Assembly (NCBI GenBank): GCA_033763905.1
Contig: JANRJP010000044.1
Span: forward strand, 1 to 64,000
Source: Gemmatimonadaceae bacterium
Lineage (GTDB): Bacteria > Gemmatimonadota > Gemmatimonadetes > Gemmatimonadales > Gemmatimonadaceae
Reading direction: 5' to 3'
DNA: 64,000 nt
The translations under genes were made by a program, and so were the position numbers. The notes under the pieces are model-generated. The model was not told the DNA's origin, did no database searches, and was given only the letters and a program-made list of their open reading frames with translations. Of the stretch, positions 13,262 to 23,249 are shown in pieces. Numbering within the stretch: the stretch's first letter is position 1; each line of letters begins with the position of its first letter.

Positions 13262-14758
13262 ATGAGCAGCCGCAAGCGTCCCCGTCGCGCCGCGCCGCTT
13301 CGCATCGTGCATATCGCGGCCGAGCTGTCGCCCTACGCGCGCACCGGCGGTCTGGGAGAAGCCGTCGCGGTGCTGGCGCAGTTTCAGGCCCGCGCGGGTC
13401 ACGAGGCGACGATCATCGTGCCGTTCTATCGCGAGATCGTCGACCGCCGGCTGGACGTCGAACTGGTGGGGGACTCGCAGCAGGTGGTGATTGCCGGTCG
13501 GCGTGACGAAGTCCGGGTGTATCGCCTCAAGACCGACGGCACATCGCCCGAGCCGCGGATCTACTTCCTCGCCAATCAGCACTTCTTCGATCGCGACGGC
13601 ATTTACGGCGATGCGCGTGGCGAGTTCGGCGATAACGCGCGGCGCTTCGCGTTTTTCTGCGTCGCGGCCCTGCAGGTGTTGCCGTCGCTCGTCGATGCGC
13701 CGGCCGTCATTCACGCGCACGACTGGCACGCTGCGCTGGCCCCAGTGTATCTGCGGAGCTGGATGGCCGGGCATCCGTACTACGATCAGCTCGCCTCCGT
13801 GCTCTCGGTGCACAACGCCGGCTTTCAGGGGCACTTCCCGACGCAGACGATGTCGGATCTGGGGATTCCCTGGGACTGGTACACGATGCACCGGATGGAA
13901 TGGCACGGGCGCGTGAACTTTCTCAAGGGCGGAATGGTCGCGGCTGACGCCGTGTCCACCGTCAGTCGCACGCACGCCGACGAACTCCGTACCCCCGGCG
14001 GCGGCTTCGGTCTCGACGGCGCGTTCCGGGAGTTGGGCGATCGGTTCGTCGGGATCACCAATGGCATCGACGAAACGATCTGGAACCCGACAACGGACCC
14101 GCACATCGCCGCGACGTATTCGGCCGAGGATCTCGGCGGCAAAGCCGCCGACAAGGCGGCGCTGCAGGGACACTTCGGGCTCCCGGTGTCGCCACGCACG
14201 CCTGTCTTCGCGATGGCCGCGCGGATGGTGTACCAGAAAGGGATCGATCTGATCATCGACTCGGGACTCACCGCGCTCGACGCGCAGTTCGTCTTTCTCG
14301 GCCACGGCGAGCCCCGCTACGTGCACGCGCTGCAGCAATTGGCTCGGCGGGCGCCGGAGCGCGTTGCGCTGGACACCAAGTTCTCCGATGTGCTCGAGCA
14401 TCGCGTACTCGCCGGGGCCGACGTCCTCCTGATGCCCTCCCTGTACGAACCCTGCGGGCTCACGCAGATGCGCGCACAGCGCTACGGCACGCTGCCCCTC
14501 GCTCGGCGCGTGGGCGGGCTCGCAGATACGATCGACGATGGTCGCTCCGGCTTCCTGTTCGACGACTACACCGTGCACGATTTCGCCGAAGGCGTCATTC
14601 GGACGCTGCGCACGTACAGCGACCCCTCGGCGTGGACCGCAATGCAGCGCACTGCGATGGCAAAGTCGTTCAGCTGGTCGCACGCCGAGCAGGGGTACGA
14701 GCGCCTGTACCGCTCGGCGCTGGAGCGGCGGGCCACCAGCGGAGGCCCGACGGCGTGA
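13262..14758 (+). CDS. glgA: Glycogen/starch synthase (GT5)
   Basis: Motifs RTGGL, HAHDWH, HNAGFQG, GITNGID, YQKG, PSLYEPCGLTQM and VGGLADT. Confidence 0.9.
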   Translation: MSSRKRPRRAAPLRIVHIAAELSPYARTGGLGEAVAVLAQFQARAGHEATIIVPFYREIVDRRLDVELVGDSQQVVIAGRRDEVRVYRLKTDGTSPEPRIYFLANQHFFDRDGIYGDARGEFGDNARRFAFFCVAALQVLPSLVDAPAVIHAHDWHAALAPVYLRSWMAGHPYYDQLASVLSVHNAGFQGHFPTQTMSDLGIPWDWYTMHRMEWHGRVNFLKGGMVAADAVSTVSRTHADELRTPGGGFGLDGAFRELGDRFVGITNGIDETIWNPTTDPHIAATYSAEDLGGKAADKAALQGHFGLPVSPRTPVFAMAARMVYQKGIDLIIDSGLTALDAQFVFLGHGEPRYVHALQQLARRAPERVALDTKFSDVLEHRVLAGADVLLMPSLYEPCGLTQMRAQRYGTLPLARRVGGLADTIDDGRSGFLFDDYTVHDFAEGVIRTLRTYSDPSAWTAMQRTAMAKSFSWSHAEQGYERLYRSALERRATSGGPTA

Positions 14759-16863
14759 CGCCATCCTCTTCGCCGCGTCGGCGACTGATCATTCACGGGC
14801 ACTTCGCGCAGCCCCCGCGCGAAGATCCCTGGCTCGAGGATGTGCCGCGCGATCCGGCGGCCGCGCCCTTCCATAATTGGAACGCGCGGGTCGAACGGTC
14901 CTGCTACCGCGCCGTGGCCGCCGCCCGCGTGCTCAATACCGACGCGAAGATCGCGCGCGTGTCGAACCTGTATGCCAAGATGTCCTTCGATGCAGCACCA
15001 TCGCTGCTCGAATGGCTCGAGCGCGCCGCGCCGGACACCTACCGCGCGATGCTCGACGGCGACCGCCGCGCGCTTCGACGCTTGGGCGCCGGCAACGCGA
15101 TCGCGCATCCGTATCACCACGTGATCCTGCCGCTGTGCTCGCGCCGCGACAAAGTCACCGAGGTACGCTGGGGGATCGCCGACTTCGAGCGTCGATTCGG
15201 TCGACGGCCGGCCGGGATGTGGCTTCCCGAGACCGCGGCCGATGACGAGACGCTCGACGTCCTCGCAGCGGAAGGCATCCGCTTCACGGTGCTGTCGCCA
15301 CACCAGCTCGATCACACGCCCGCCGACGGCGGTGCGGTCCGTATCACGACCGGTGGCGGGCGTGAGATCACGGTGGTGCCGTTCGACGGCGCCCGCTCAC
15401 GGGCCGTCGCCTTCGGCCCAATGCTCGCGAACGCGCGCCTCTGGCTGGCCGATCTGCAACTGGGGCTCGATACGCAGGCGGACCCGTCGCTGATCACGAT
15501 CGCCACAGAAGGCGAAACCTACGGACACCATCATCGCTCGGGCGAGATGGCGTTGGCGTGGCTGCTGCAAGAGGCCGCCGCCGATGAGCGGATGGCCGTG
15601 ACGAACTTCGAAGCCGCGCTGCGGGACCGCCCGGCGGTCGCCACCGCGCGACTGCTCGGCCCCTCGTCGTGGAGCTGCCCGCACGGCGTCGAGCGCTGGC
15701 GAGCCAACTGTGGATGCCGCACCGACGGCGGTCGATTGCCGCATCAGCAATGGCGCGCCACGCTCCGCGCGGCGTTGGTCAATCTGTCGGAGGCCTTGGG
15801 GACGCGCTTCGAGACCGAAGGGCACGCGCACCTCGTCGATGCGTGGGCCGCCCGCGACGCCTACGGCGGCCTCTTCGGCTTGCGAGATGACGACCGCCGT
15901 GCTGCGCTCGCCGCGCAGTGTCGGCCGGGCACGAGCGCCGCCGATGTGGAGCGCGCCGGGGAACTGCTCGAGATGCAGCGCAACGTGCTGCGCGCCTTCT
16001 CGTCGACGGCGTGGTTCGGGGATGATCTGGGCGCCCCGGAGGTGGCACAGGTCCTTCGTTACGCGGCACGCGCGCTGGACCTGGCGGGCCCCTCGGCGGG
16101 GAGTGACGAGCTCGAGCACGAGATCCGCGCGATGCTGCGCGAGGCGCGCAGCCTCGATGCGTCGATCGGCAGCGGCGAGGATATCTGGGTGCGTCGCGTG
16201 CGCCCCATCATTCCTCCGATGACACGGCTCGCCGCCGGTGCGGCGGCAGCGCAGGCACTCGTGCCACAGTGGGAAGCCCCCTCGTCTCACGCCTTCCACA
16301 TCGCGGTCCGCGGCGATCGGGTCGAGCTGGTCAATCGTCGAACGGGGCGTAGCCAGTTCTTCGACGTCACGGTGCAACGCGACCAGCCAGCGGAAGTTCG
16401 CACGTTCGTGCGTCCTCGGCCGGATCTCGAGCGGCATCCCGACAGCGGCATTCGCATCGCCGGCTTGGTCCCGGTGTCGATTGACGACTTCCCGGAGCGG
16501 GAGGCCGAGGCCGTGCGGGACGGCGTCCGCCGCATCCGGCGGCACGAACTCGCGCGCCGCCTGTTCGGTGAGCCGCGGCTGGCCGCGCTGGCCGATGGCA
16601 ACACGACGCTCGCCGATCTCGCGGTCGAGGCGCTGCTGGATGCGGTGCAGCGGCTCGGCGAGAAGGCCGCGACGGTGCGGGTCGCCCGCGCGCTCGATCT
16701 GCTCGAATTGCTCGAGTTGATGGGCTTGGATGTGCCATTCGACGCGCAGACGGCCTTCGCGCGCGAGCTGTCGGCACTGCCGCGGCGGCAGCGGGACGAG
16801 CTACGGCCACTCGCGACGCGTCTGGGATTTGGCGACGAGATTCTCTCGGTGGAGATGCTCTGA
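14755..16863 (+). CDS. GH57-like / DUF3536 glucan-active protein
   Basis: Motifs IHGHFAQPPREDPW, HVILPL, GMWLPETA, EGETYGHH and SWSCPHGVERWRANCGC. GTGA overlap with glgA. Confidence 0.85.
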   Translation: MTPSSSPRRRLIIHGHFAQPPREDPWLEDVPRDPAAAPFHNWNARVERSCYRAVAAARVLNTDAKIARVSNLYAKMSFDAAPSLLEWLERAAPDTYRAMLDGDRRALRRLGAGNAIAHPYHHVILPLCSRRDKVTEVRWGIADFERRFGRRPAGMWLPETAADDETLDVLAAEGIRFTVLSPHQLDHTPADGGAVRITTGGGREITVVPFDGARSRAVAFGPMLANARLWLADLQLGLDTQADPSLITIATEGETYGHHHRSGEMALAWLLQEAAADERMAVTNFEAALRDRPAVATARLLGPSSWSCPHGVERWRANCGCRTDGGRLPHQQWRATLRAALVNLSEALGTRFETEGHAHLVDAWAARDAYGGLFGLRDDDRRAALAAQCRPGTSAADVERAGELLEMQRNVLRAFSSTAWFGDDLGAPEVAQVLRYAARALDLAGPSAGSDELEHEIRAMLREARSLDASIGSGEDIWVRRVRPIIPPMTRLAAGAAAAQALVPQWEAPSSHAFHIAVRGDRVELVNRRTGRSQFFDVTVQRDQPAEVRTFVRPRPDLERHPDSGIRIAGLVPVSIDDFPEREAEAVRDGVRRIRRHELARRLFGEPRLAALADGNTTLADLAVEALLDAVQRLGEKAATVRVARALDLLELLELMGLDVPFDAQTAFARELSALPRRQRDELRPLATRLGFGDEILSVEML

Positions 16864-18086
16864 TGGGACTCGTGCTCTTCGTCACGCCGCACTTCTCCGA
16901 GACGTTCTCGCGGATGCTCGCAGGCATCGGCGCCATTCCGGGCGTCACGCTTGGCGTCATCACGCACGCGCCTGCCGAGGATGCCCCCGCGCCGGTGCGC
17001 GACGTGATGCGCTTCCATTGGAAGGTCGCCGACATCTTGAATCCGGCACAGATCGTGTGGGGCGCGGAAGGCATCGCGTCGCAGGCCGGGATGCCGATCC
17101 ACCGGCTGTTCGGCTCGCTGGAGCAGGCGCAGGTGCCCATTGCCGAGGCGCGCGAGCGACTCGGGGTCGGTGGAATGTCGGCGGCGGCCACGCGCAACTT
17201 CCGCGACAAGGCCGAGATGAAGCGCGTGCTGCGCGCCAACGGAATTCCCTGTGCGCGGCACGCCTTGGCGACGACCCTCGCGGACGTCGACGCGGCGGTG
17301 GCCACCACCGGCTTCCCACTGGTGGTCAAGCCGCCGGCGGGTGCGGGCTCCATCGCGACCTTTCGGGTGAACGACCGCGACCAGTTGGCGTCCGTCCTCG
17401 CGAACTACCCCCCGTCACTCGAGCATCCCCTGCTCTTCGAGGAATTCGTGCAGGGGGAGGAGCATTCCCTCGAGACGATCTCGATCGCGGGCGTGCCGGT
17501 GTGGCACTCGTTGACGCACTATCGGCCGACGCCGCTGGACGTCGTCAGGCACCCGTGGATTCAGTGGTGCATCACCTTGCCGCGCGAGGTCGACGACCCG
17601 CGATACGACGACATCAAGCGGGCGGCGGCCGGCGGCTTGGCGGCGCTCGGGATGGGCACTGGGCTGTCGCATATGGAATGGTTCCGCCGCGCCGACGGCA
17701 CGGTCGCGATCGGCGAAGTCGGCGCACGCCCGCCCGGTGCGCAGATTACGACGATGATCTCGCGCGCGAATGACATCGACTTCGTGCGGGCGTGGGCCGA
17801 GGTGATGGTGCACGGCCGCTTCGTACCACCGGTGCGGAAGTACGCCGTCGGCGCGGCCTTCCTGCGCGGCCAAGGGAGCGGTCGCGTACGCGCGGTGCAC
17901 GGACTCGAAACCGTGGCGCGCGAAGTCGGTGCGCTGGTGTGCGACTGGCGGCTGCCGCAGGTCGGACAACTCCCCACCGGCAGTTACGAAGGCGAGGGCT
18001 ACATCCTCGTCCGGCATCCCGAGACGTCGGTCGTCGAGGACGCGCTCAATAGGATTGTCTCGCGCATCCGCGTCGAGCTCGGCTGA
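16863..18086 (+). CDS. ATP-grasp ligase 1
   Basis: Motifs NFRDKAEMK, GFPLVVKPPAGAGS, EEFVQGEE, HMEWF and EVGARPPG. Confidence 0.9.
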   Translation: MGLVLFVTPHFSETFSRMLAGIGAIPGVTLGVITHAPAEDAPAPVRDVMRFHWKVADILNPAQIVWGAEGIASQAGMPIHRLFGSLEQAQVPIAEARERLGVGGMSAAATRNFRDKAEMKRVLRANGIPCARHALATTLADVDAAVATTGFPLVVKPPAGAGSIATFRVNDRDQLASVLANYPPSLEHPLLFEEFVQGEEHSLETISIAGVPVWHSLTHYRPTPLDVVRHPWIQWCITLPREVDDPRYDDIKRAAAGGLAALGMGTGLSHMEWFRRADGTVAIGEVGARPPGAQITTMISRANDIDFVRAWAEVMVHGRFVPPVRKYAVGAAFLRGQGSGRVRAVHGLETVAREVGALVCDWRLPQVGQLPTGSYEGEGYILVRHPETSVVEDALNRIVSRIRVELG

Positions 18087-18115
18087 TCCTGCACGATTCC
18101 ACCCGCGAGGTTCCC

Positions 18116-19336
18116 GTGAACGTCCTCTTCATCTCCCCGGGCTATCCCCCGGAAATGCCCCACTTCGTGCGCGGATTCGCCGAGCAGGGGGCGTCGATCA
18201 TCGGCATCAGCGACACGCCGTACGAGCAGATTCCCGAGCACTCGCGACGGCACCTGTCGCGCTACCTGCGTGTCCCGACGCTGACCAACGAAGCCGAGGC
18301 GGTCGCGGCCGTGCGTGACGCGATCCCGCCGGGCCTCATCGACCGCGTAGTCTGTCTGTGGGAGCCCGGCGTTGTCCTCGCGGCGCGGCTGCGCGAAGCG
18401 CTCGGCGTCCCGGGGCAGCGTGTGGAACAGGCGATCGCGTTCCGCGACAAGGATGTGATGAAGCAGGTCATCCGCGCGGCGGGGCTTCGTACGGCCAAGT
18501 CCGCGCGCGCGAGCACCAGCGCCGAAGTCGTCGCGGCGTGCGAGGCCTTCGGCTTCCCGGTCGTGATCAAGCCGATCGACGGCGCGGGGTCGATGGACAC
18601 GTTCAAGATCGCCGACGCGGCCGAACTGCCGGCTGCCCTCGAGCGGCTGCGCCACGTGCCGACGGTGAACGTCGAGGAATTCATCGACGGTGAGGAGTAC
18701 CACTTCGACACCATCTGCGCCGACGGAAAGATCCTCTACTACCATATGGGATACTACCGGCCGAAGCCGATCATCTCCCGGCACGCCGAGTGGATTTCGC
18801 CACAGACGCTGTCGCTGCGCGATGTCGATGCGCCAGCGCTGCAGCCCGGCATTGCGCTGGGCAAGGCGGTGCTCGAGGCGATGCAGTTCACCACGGGCTT
18901 CACCCATATGGAGTGGTTCCTGACGTCTAAGGGTGAAGCCATCTTCAGCGAGATTGCCGCCCGCCCGCCGGGAGCGAATACGGTGGACCTGATGAACTTC
19001 GGGTCCGACATCGACGTCTTCCGCGGCTACGCCGAAGCCGAGGTCCACGGGACCTTCTCGCAGCCGGTGGTCCGCAAGTACAATGCGATCAACATCTTCA
19101 AGCGCGCACAGGGTCCGGGGCGCATCACGCGAATCGAGGGGATGGCCGGGTTGATGCAGCGATACGGAGAGCACGTGGTGCACGTCGATCTGCTGCCCAT
19201 TGGGGCTCCCCGTCGCAATTGGATCCAGACGCTGCTGTCGGACGGCTACGTCGTGATCCGTCATCCCGACTATGCGAAGGCCTGCGAGATCGCCGATGCG
19301 TTCGGCACCGACCTGCAGCTGTACGCTGGCGGGTGA
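18116..19336 (+). CDS. ATP-grasp ligase 2 (paralog of ligase 1)
   Basis: Motifs FRDKDVMK, GFPVVIKPIDGAGS, EEFIDGEE, HMEWF and EIAARPPG. Confidence 0.9.
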   Translation: MNVLFISPGYPPEMPHFVRGFAEQGASIIGISDTPYEQIPEHSRRHLSRYLRVPTLTNEAEAVAAVRDAIPPGLIDRVVCLWEPGVVLAARLREALGVPGQRVEQAIAFRDKDVMKQVIRAAGLRTAKSARASTSAEVVAACEAFGFPVVIKPIDGAGSMDTFKIADAAELPAALERLRHVPTVNVEEFIDGEEYHFDTICADGKILYYHMGYYRPKPIISRHAEWISPQTLSLRDVDAPALQPGIALGKAVLEAMQFTTGFTHMEWFLTSKGEAIFSEIAARPPGANTVDLMNFGSDIDVFRGYAEAEVHGTFSQPVVRKYNAINIFKRAQGPGRITRIEGMAGLMQRYGEHVVHVDLLPIGAPRRNWIQTLLSDGYVVIRHPDYAKACEIADAFGTDLQLYAGG

Positions 19337-20139
19337 CGGGCGCTCCATCGGTGGCGATGCGTTTTTCGCGGCGTGCTCCGCGTCGCGGACGGGTTGAGCT
19401 CGTCTCCGGGATCTACTCCCCGGGCTTGGGCAACACGCGTGATCTGCACGTCTACCTGCCGCCGTCGTACGACGATTCGCCCGATGCGCGCTACCCGGTG
19501 GTCTACCTGCACGACGGGCAGAATCTGTTCGATGATCGCCTGTCGTTTGCCGGCTCCTGGCGCGCGGCGGCGGCGGCGGACGCGGCCGCGCGACTGGGCC
19601 ACGAAGCCATTCTGGTGGGCATCTCGAACTCTGCCGACGGCCGCATTGGCGAATACACCCCCTTCCGGGATCGCCGCGTCGGCGGGGGCAACGCCGACCG
19701 GTACCTGCTGTTCGTGATCCGCACCGTGAAGCCGCGCATCGATGCACTGTTCCGGACCCGTGGCGACCGCGAGCACACGATGCTCGGGGGCTCGAGCCTG
19801 GGGGGACTGGTGTCGCTGTACGGGTTCTTCCGGTTTCCCGAGTACTTCGGGGGCGCCTCGGTCCAGAGCCCTTCCCTCTGGTTCGCCGATGGTGCCATCT
19901 TCGACTATGTCGCCGCCGCCCCCTATACGCCGGGCCGCATCTTTCTGGATGTCGGCTGCCAGGAAGGCGAGGGGACGTTGCGCAATGCCCGCCGGATGCG
20001 TGAGATGCTGCTCTCGAAGGGCTATGAGACCGGCCGGACGCTCCGCTGGGTCGAAGATCGCACGGGCAAGCACCACGAATCCGCGTGGGGACGCCGCTTG
20101 AAGCGCGCGCTCCCCTTTCTGTTAACCGAGCTGCCGTAA
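19333..20139 (+). CDS. Esterase (Fes/IroE-like alpha/beta hydrolase)
   Basis: Motifs VYLPPSY, YLHDGQNLF, GSSLGG and HHESAW. Start is GTG 19333 or ATG 19357. Confidence 0.88.
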   Translation: MTGAPSVAMRFSRRAPRRGRVELVSGIYSPGLGNTRDLHVYLPPSYDDSPDARYPVVYLHDGQNLFDDRLSFAGSWRAAAAADAAARLGHEAILVGISNSADGRIGEYTPFRDRRVGGGNADRYLLFVIRTVKPRIDALFRTRGDREHTMLGGSSLGGLVSLYGFFRFPEYFGGASVQSPSLWFADGAIFDYVAAAPYTPGRIFLDVGCQEGEGTLRNARRMREMLLSKGYETGRTLRWVEDRTGKHHESAWGRRLKRALPFLLTELP

Positions 20140-20167
20140 TGGCTCCCCGATTCCCGAGCACTTCCTG

Positions 20168-20899
20168 ATGAGCACGCGTGTGCAGGGCCATCATCACGTG
20201 TGGCACTCGCCGAGCGTCGGTCGACCGATGCACGTGCGGTGGTTCGGCTGGGGCGGCGCCCGCGTGCTGGCGTTCCCCACCACGATGGGCGACCACAACG
20301 AGTGGCCGAACCGCTATATGCCCGACGTGCTGCGCGAGCACATCGACCGTGGGTGGATCACGCTGTTCACGCTCGACGCGAATCACGACTGGGCCTGGTA
20401 CAACAAGGGCATTCATCCGAGGGACCGCGCGGCGCATCAGCGCCGGTACGATGCCTACCTGCTGCACGAGTTGCTCCCGTTCACCGAGCACGTCAATCAG
20501 AACCCCTTCGTGATCGCGACCGGAGCCAGCTTCGGGGCGTACCACGCGCTCACCTTCGCGCTGCGCAATCCGCACCACGTGCACCGCGTGATCGGGATGA
20601 GCGGCAGCTACGACATTCGCGGAATGACCGGCGGGTACACCGACGACCTGGTGCACAGCGTCAACCCGCCGCAGTTCATCGCCAGCGAATGGGACCAGCA
20701 GCGGCTCGACGCGATGCGCCGGATGGACATCATTCTCGCCATTGGCGAGGGCGACCCGTCGATTGGCGACAATCGGGCGCTCTCGGGCATTCTGTGGCAG
20801 AAGGGGATCGGCAACGCCCTGCGCGAATGGCACGGCTTCGCCCACGACTGGCCGTGGTGGGAACAGATGATTCAGCTGTATATCGGCGGACACGACTGA
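20168..20899 (+). CDS. Esterase (alpha/beta hydrolase)
   Basis: Motifs GASFGAYH, MSGSYD and AHDWPWW. Confidence 0.88.
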   Translation: MSTRVQGHHHVWHSPSVGRPMHVRWFGWGGARVLAFPTTMGDHNEWPNRYMPDVLREHIDRGWITLFTLDANHDWAWYNKGIHPRDRAAHQRRYDAYLLHELLPFTEHVNQNPFVIATGASFGAYHALTFALRNPHHVHRVIGMSGSYDIRGMTGGYTDDLVHSVNPPQFIASEWDQQRLDAMRRMDIILAIGEGDPSIGDNRALSGILWQKGIGNALREWHGFAHDWPWWEQMIQLYIGGHD

Positions 20900-20909
20900 G
20901 AGGACCCAG

Positions 20910-21860
20910 ATGACATCCCGCAACGCCCCGCGTCGCATCGGCCTGATCGTCGGCCGCGAATGGTCGTTCCCGCCCAAGTTCATCGAGGCGGTCAATCGTC
21001 GCGACCAAGGCGTCATCGCCGAGTTCGCCACCATCGGCGGCACCCACCACGACGACGCGGTCCCCTACGATGTCCTGATCGACCGCATCTCGCACGAAGT
21101 CCCGACCTACCGCAGCTACCTCAAGCACGCGGTGCTCCAGGGCGCGACGGTCATCAACAATCCCTTTATGTGGACCGCCGACGACAAGTTCTTCGGCGCA
21201 TCGCTGATCCGGAAACTCGGCGTCGTCTCGCCGCGCACCGTGCTGCTGCCGAACAAGGAGTACGTGCCCGGCATCGTCCCCAGCGAGTCCCTGCGCAATC
21301 TCCAGTACCCACTCGACTGGCGTGGCATCGTCGACTGGGTCGGGATGCCCTGCATCCTCAAGGACGCCCACGGTGGTGGCTGGAAGGAGGTCTACGTCTG
21401 CCACTCGATGGACGAGCTGATTCACCACTACAACGGCTCCGGCCTCCTGACGATGATCGTGCAGGAGTTCATCCAGTTCGAGCAGTTCGTGCGCTGCATC
21501 TGCCTCGGCCAGGACGAAGTGCTCGTGATTCGCTACGACCCGCGCGAGCGCCGCTATCACGTCGATCCCGACTATCTCACGCCGGCCCTGCACGCGCGGG
21601 TGGTCAAGGACTGCCGCACCATCGTCCGCGCGCTGGGCTACGATATGAACTCGATCGAGTTCGCGATCAAGGACGGTATTCCGTACGCGATCGACTTCAT
21701 GAATCCGGCGCCGGACTTCGACATCAATTCGCTGACCCCGCCGTACTTCGACTGGGTGGTCGAACAGATGGCGGAGCTGACGATCCGACTGGCCAAGGCC
21801 CCGCGCAAGCAGGCGGAGGCGCTGGGCTGGGCCGACGCCTTCACGGCCTCCCGCGGGTGA
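20910..21860 (+). CDS. RimK/glutathione-synthetase-like ATP-grasp protein
   Basis: Motifs IDRISH, NNPFMWTADDKF, LKDAHGGGWK, QEFI and IDFMNPAPD. Confidence 0.85.
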   Translation: MTSRNAPRRIGLIVGREWSFPPKFIEAVNRRDQGVIAEFATIGGTHHDDAVPYDVLIDRISHEVPTYRSYLKHAVLQGATVINNPFMWTADDKFFGASLIRKLGVVSPRTVLLPNKEYVPGIVPSESLRNLQYPLDWRGIVDWVGMPCILKDAHGGGWKEVYVCHSMDELIHHYNGSGLLTMIVQEFIQFEQFVRCICLGQDEVLVIRYDPRERRYHVDPDYLTPALHARVVKDCRTIVRALGYDMNSIEFAIKDGIPYAIDFMNPAPDFDINSLTPPYFDWVVEQMAELTIRLAKAPRKQAEALGWADAFTASRG

Positions 21861-23230
21861 CCGCCGCCACGACGTCACGCGACGCGGCCGCCGCGTGGCA
21901 CGCGCAGCTCGACGTCAGTCCTGACCTCGCGGAAGCGTCGTGGACGGCACTCGAGGCCGGCCTGCGTCGCGCGGATCTGCACTTCGGCCATCGAGCGCTC
22001 TGCACCGTCCTGCGCCCGCGGCTGATGACGCCGGCCGAGTACCATCGGCTGAGCGATCAGATGGCTGCGGTGATGCGGGCGTTCGGCACGGCCTACGCGC
22101 GCGCGATTGCCGATCCTGCCGCACGCGCCCAGTTCCGCCTGACCGACTGGGAAGAATCCCTCATCGCAGACGACCGAAGCGCTGTCCCGCCGAGTCCCCA
22201 CTCGCGAATGGACACGTTCGTGCTCCCGGACAACGGGGCGTTGCAGATCACGGAATACAACGGCGAGACGCCGGCGGGGCCGTTCTTCAACGACGCCCTC
22301 ACCGAGGCGTTTGCCACGCTGCCGATCACGCGCGCGTTCAGTGCCGACTGGCGGCTCACGCCGATCCCCTCACGCCACGGCGTCGTCCGCGTGCTCTTGG
22401 ACGCGTGGGAGGCCTTCAGCGGCAGCCGCCGCCGTCCGCACCTGGCCATTCTCGACTGGGACGGCGTCTCCACCGCCGTGGAATTCCAGTTGGCGCAGCA
22501 GGTGTTTGCCGCGCAGGGCCTCACCTGCGACATCGGCGATCCCCGCGAGTGCACGTATGATGGCGGCGTGCTGCGCCTGCGGGGGACCCCCGTGGATCTG
22601 GTGTACAAGCGCGTCTTGATCGACGAACTAGTGCTGCGAGAGGGGCTGGATTCCCCGGTGGTCCGCGCGGTGCGCGATCGCGCGGTGTGTTTCCTGAACG
22701 GCTTTCGTTCGAAGATTCTCCACAAGAAGGCGTCGCTCGCCGTGCTGAGCGACGAACGCAATGCGGATTGGTTCGACGCGACCGCAACCGCTGCGATTCG
22801 GGCACAGATCCCCTGGACGCGCGTCGTCGAGCCGCGCCAGACGGTGAATGCGTCGGGTGAGGCCATTGACCTGCTGCCGTGGGCGGCGGCGAACCGCGCG
22901 CACCTCGTGCTCAAGCCGAACGATGCCTACGGCGGGGCGGGCATCGTGCTGGGCTGGACGGTCACCGACGCCGAATGGCAGTCCGCGCTCGCGCACGCCG
23001 TGACCGAACCGTTCATCGTGCAGGAGCGAGTCCCGATCCCCAAGGATGCGTATCCGAGCTGGGATGCGGGCCGAGTGGTGTTCGCCGATCGCCAGGTCGA
23101 TACCGCGCCCTTCCTGTGCCACAGTGCCGCCGTAGAAGGCGTGTTGACGCGCCTCTCGACGGCCGAGTTGCTCAATGTGACAGCGGGGGGCGGCAGCCAG
23201 ACGCCCACCGTCCTCGTGGAACGTCGTTGA
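21857..23230 (+). CDS. Circularly permuted ATP-grasp / glutathionylspermidine-synthase-like ligase
   Basis: RMD...EYNGETPAG precedes [21 protein letters not shown] and [12 protein letters not shown] overlap with the upstream gene. Confidence 0.8.
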   Translation: MTAATTSRDAAAAWHAQLDVSPDLAEASWTALEAGLRRADLHFGHRALCTVLRPRLMTPAEYHRLSDQMAAVMRAFGTAYARAIADPAARAQFRLTDWEESLIADDRSAVPPSPHSRMDTFVLPDNGALQITEYNGETPAGPFFNDALTEAFATLPITRAFSADWRLTPIPSRHGVVRVLLDAWEAFSGSRRRPHLAILDWDGVSTAVEFQLAQQVFAAQGLTCDIGDPRECTYDGGVLRLRGTPVDLVYKRVLIDELVLREGLDSPVVRAVRDRAVCFLNGFRSKILHKKASLAVLSDERNADWFDATATAAIRAQIPWTRVVEPRQTVNASGEAIDLLPWAAANRAHLVLKPNDAYGGAGIVLGWTVTDAEWQSALAHAVTEPFIVQERVPIPKDAYPSWDAGRVVFADRQVDTAPFLCHSAAVEGVLTRLSTAELLNVTAGGGSQTPTVLVERR

Positions 23231-23249
23231 CCCTGAACCGGACCGCGGA

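Noticed and set aside
17999..21043. 1014-aa minus-strand ORF
   Set aside because: Antisense shadow of well-supported plus-strand genes, with no motifs. Long shadow ORFs are expected at this GC content.
20960..21856. Apparent 756-aa fusion ORF
   Set aside because: The first ~300 codons are an off-frame overlap of the RimK-like gene. The real gene starts at GTG 21857.
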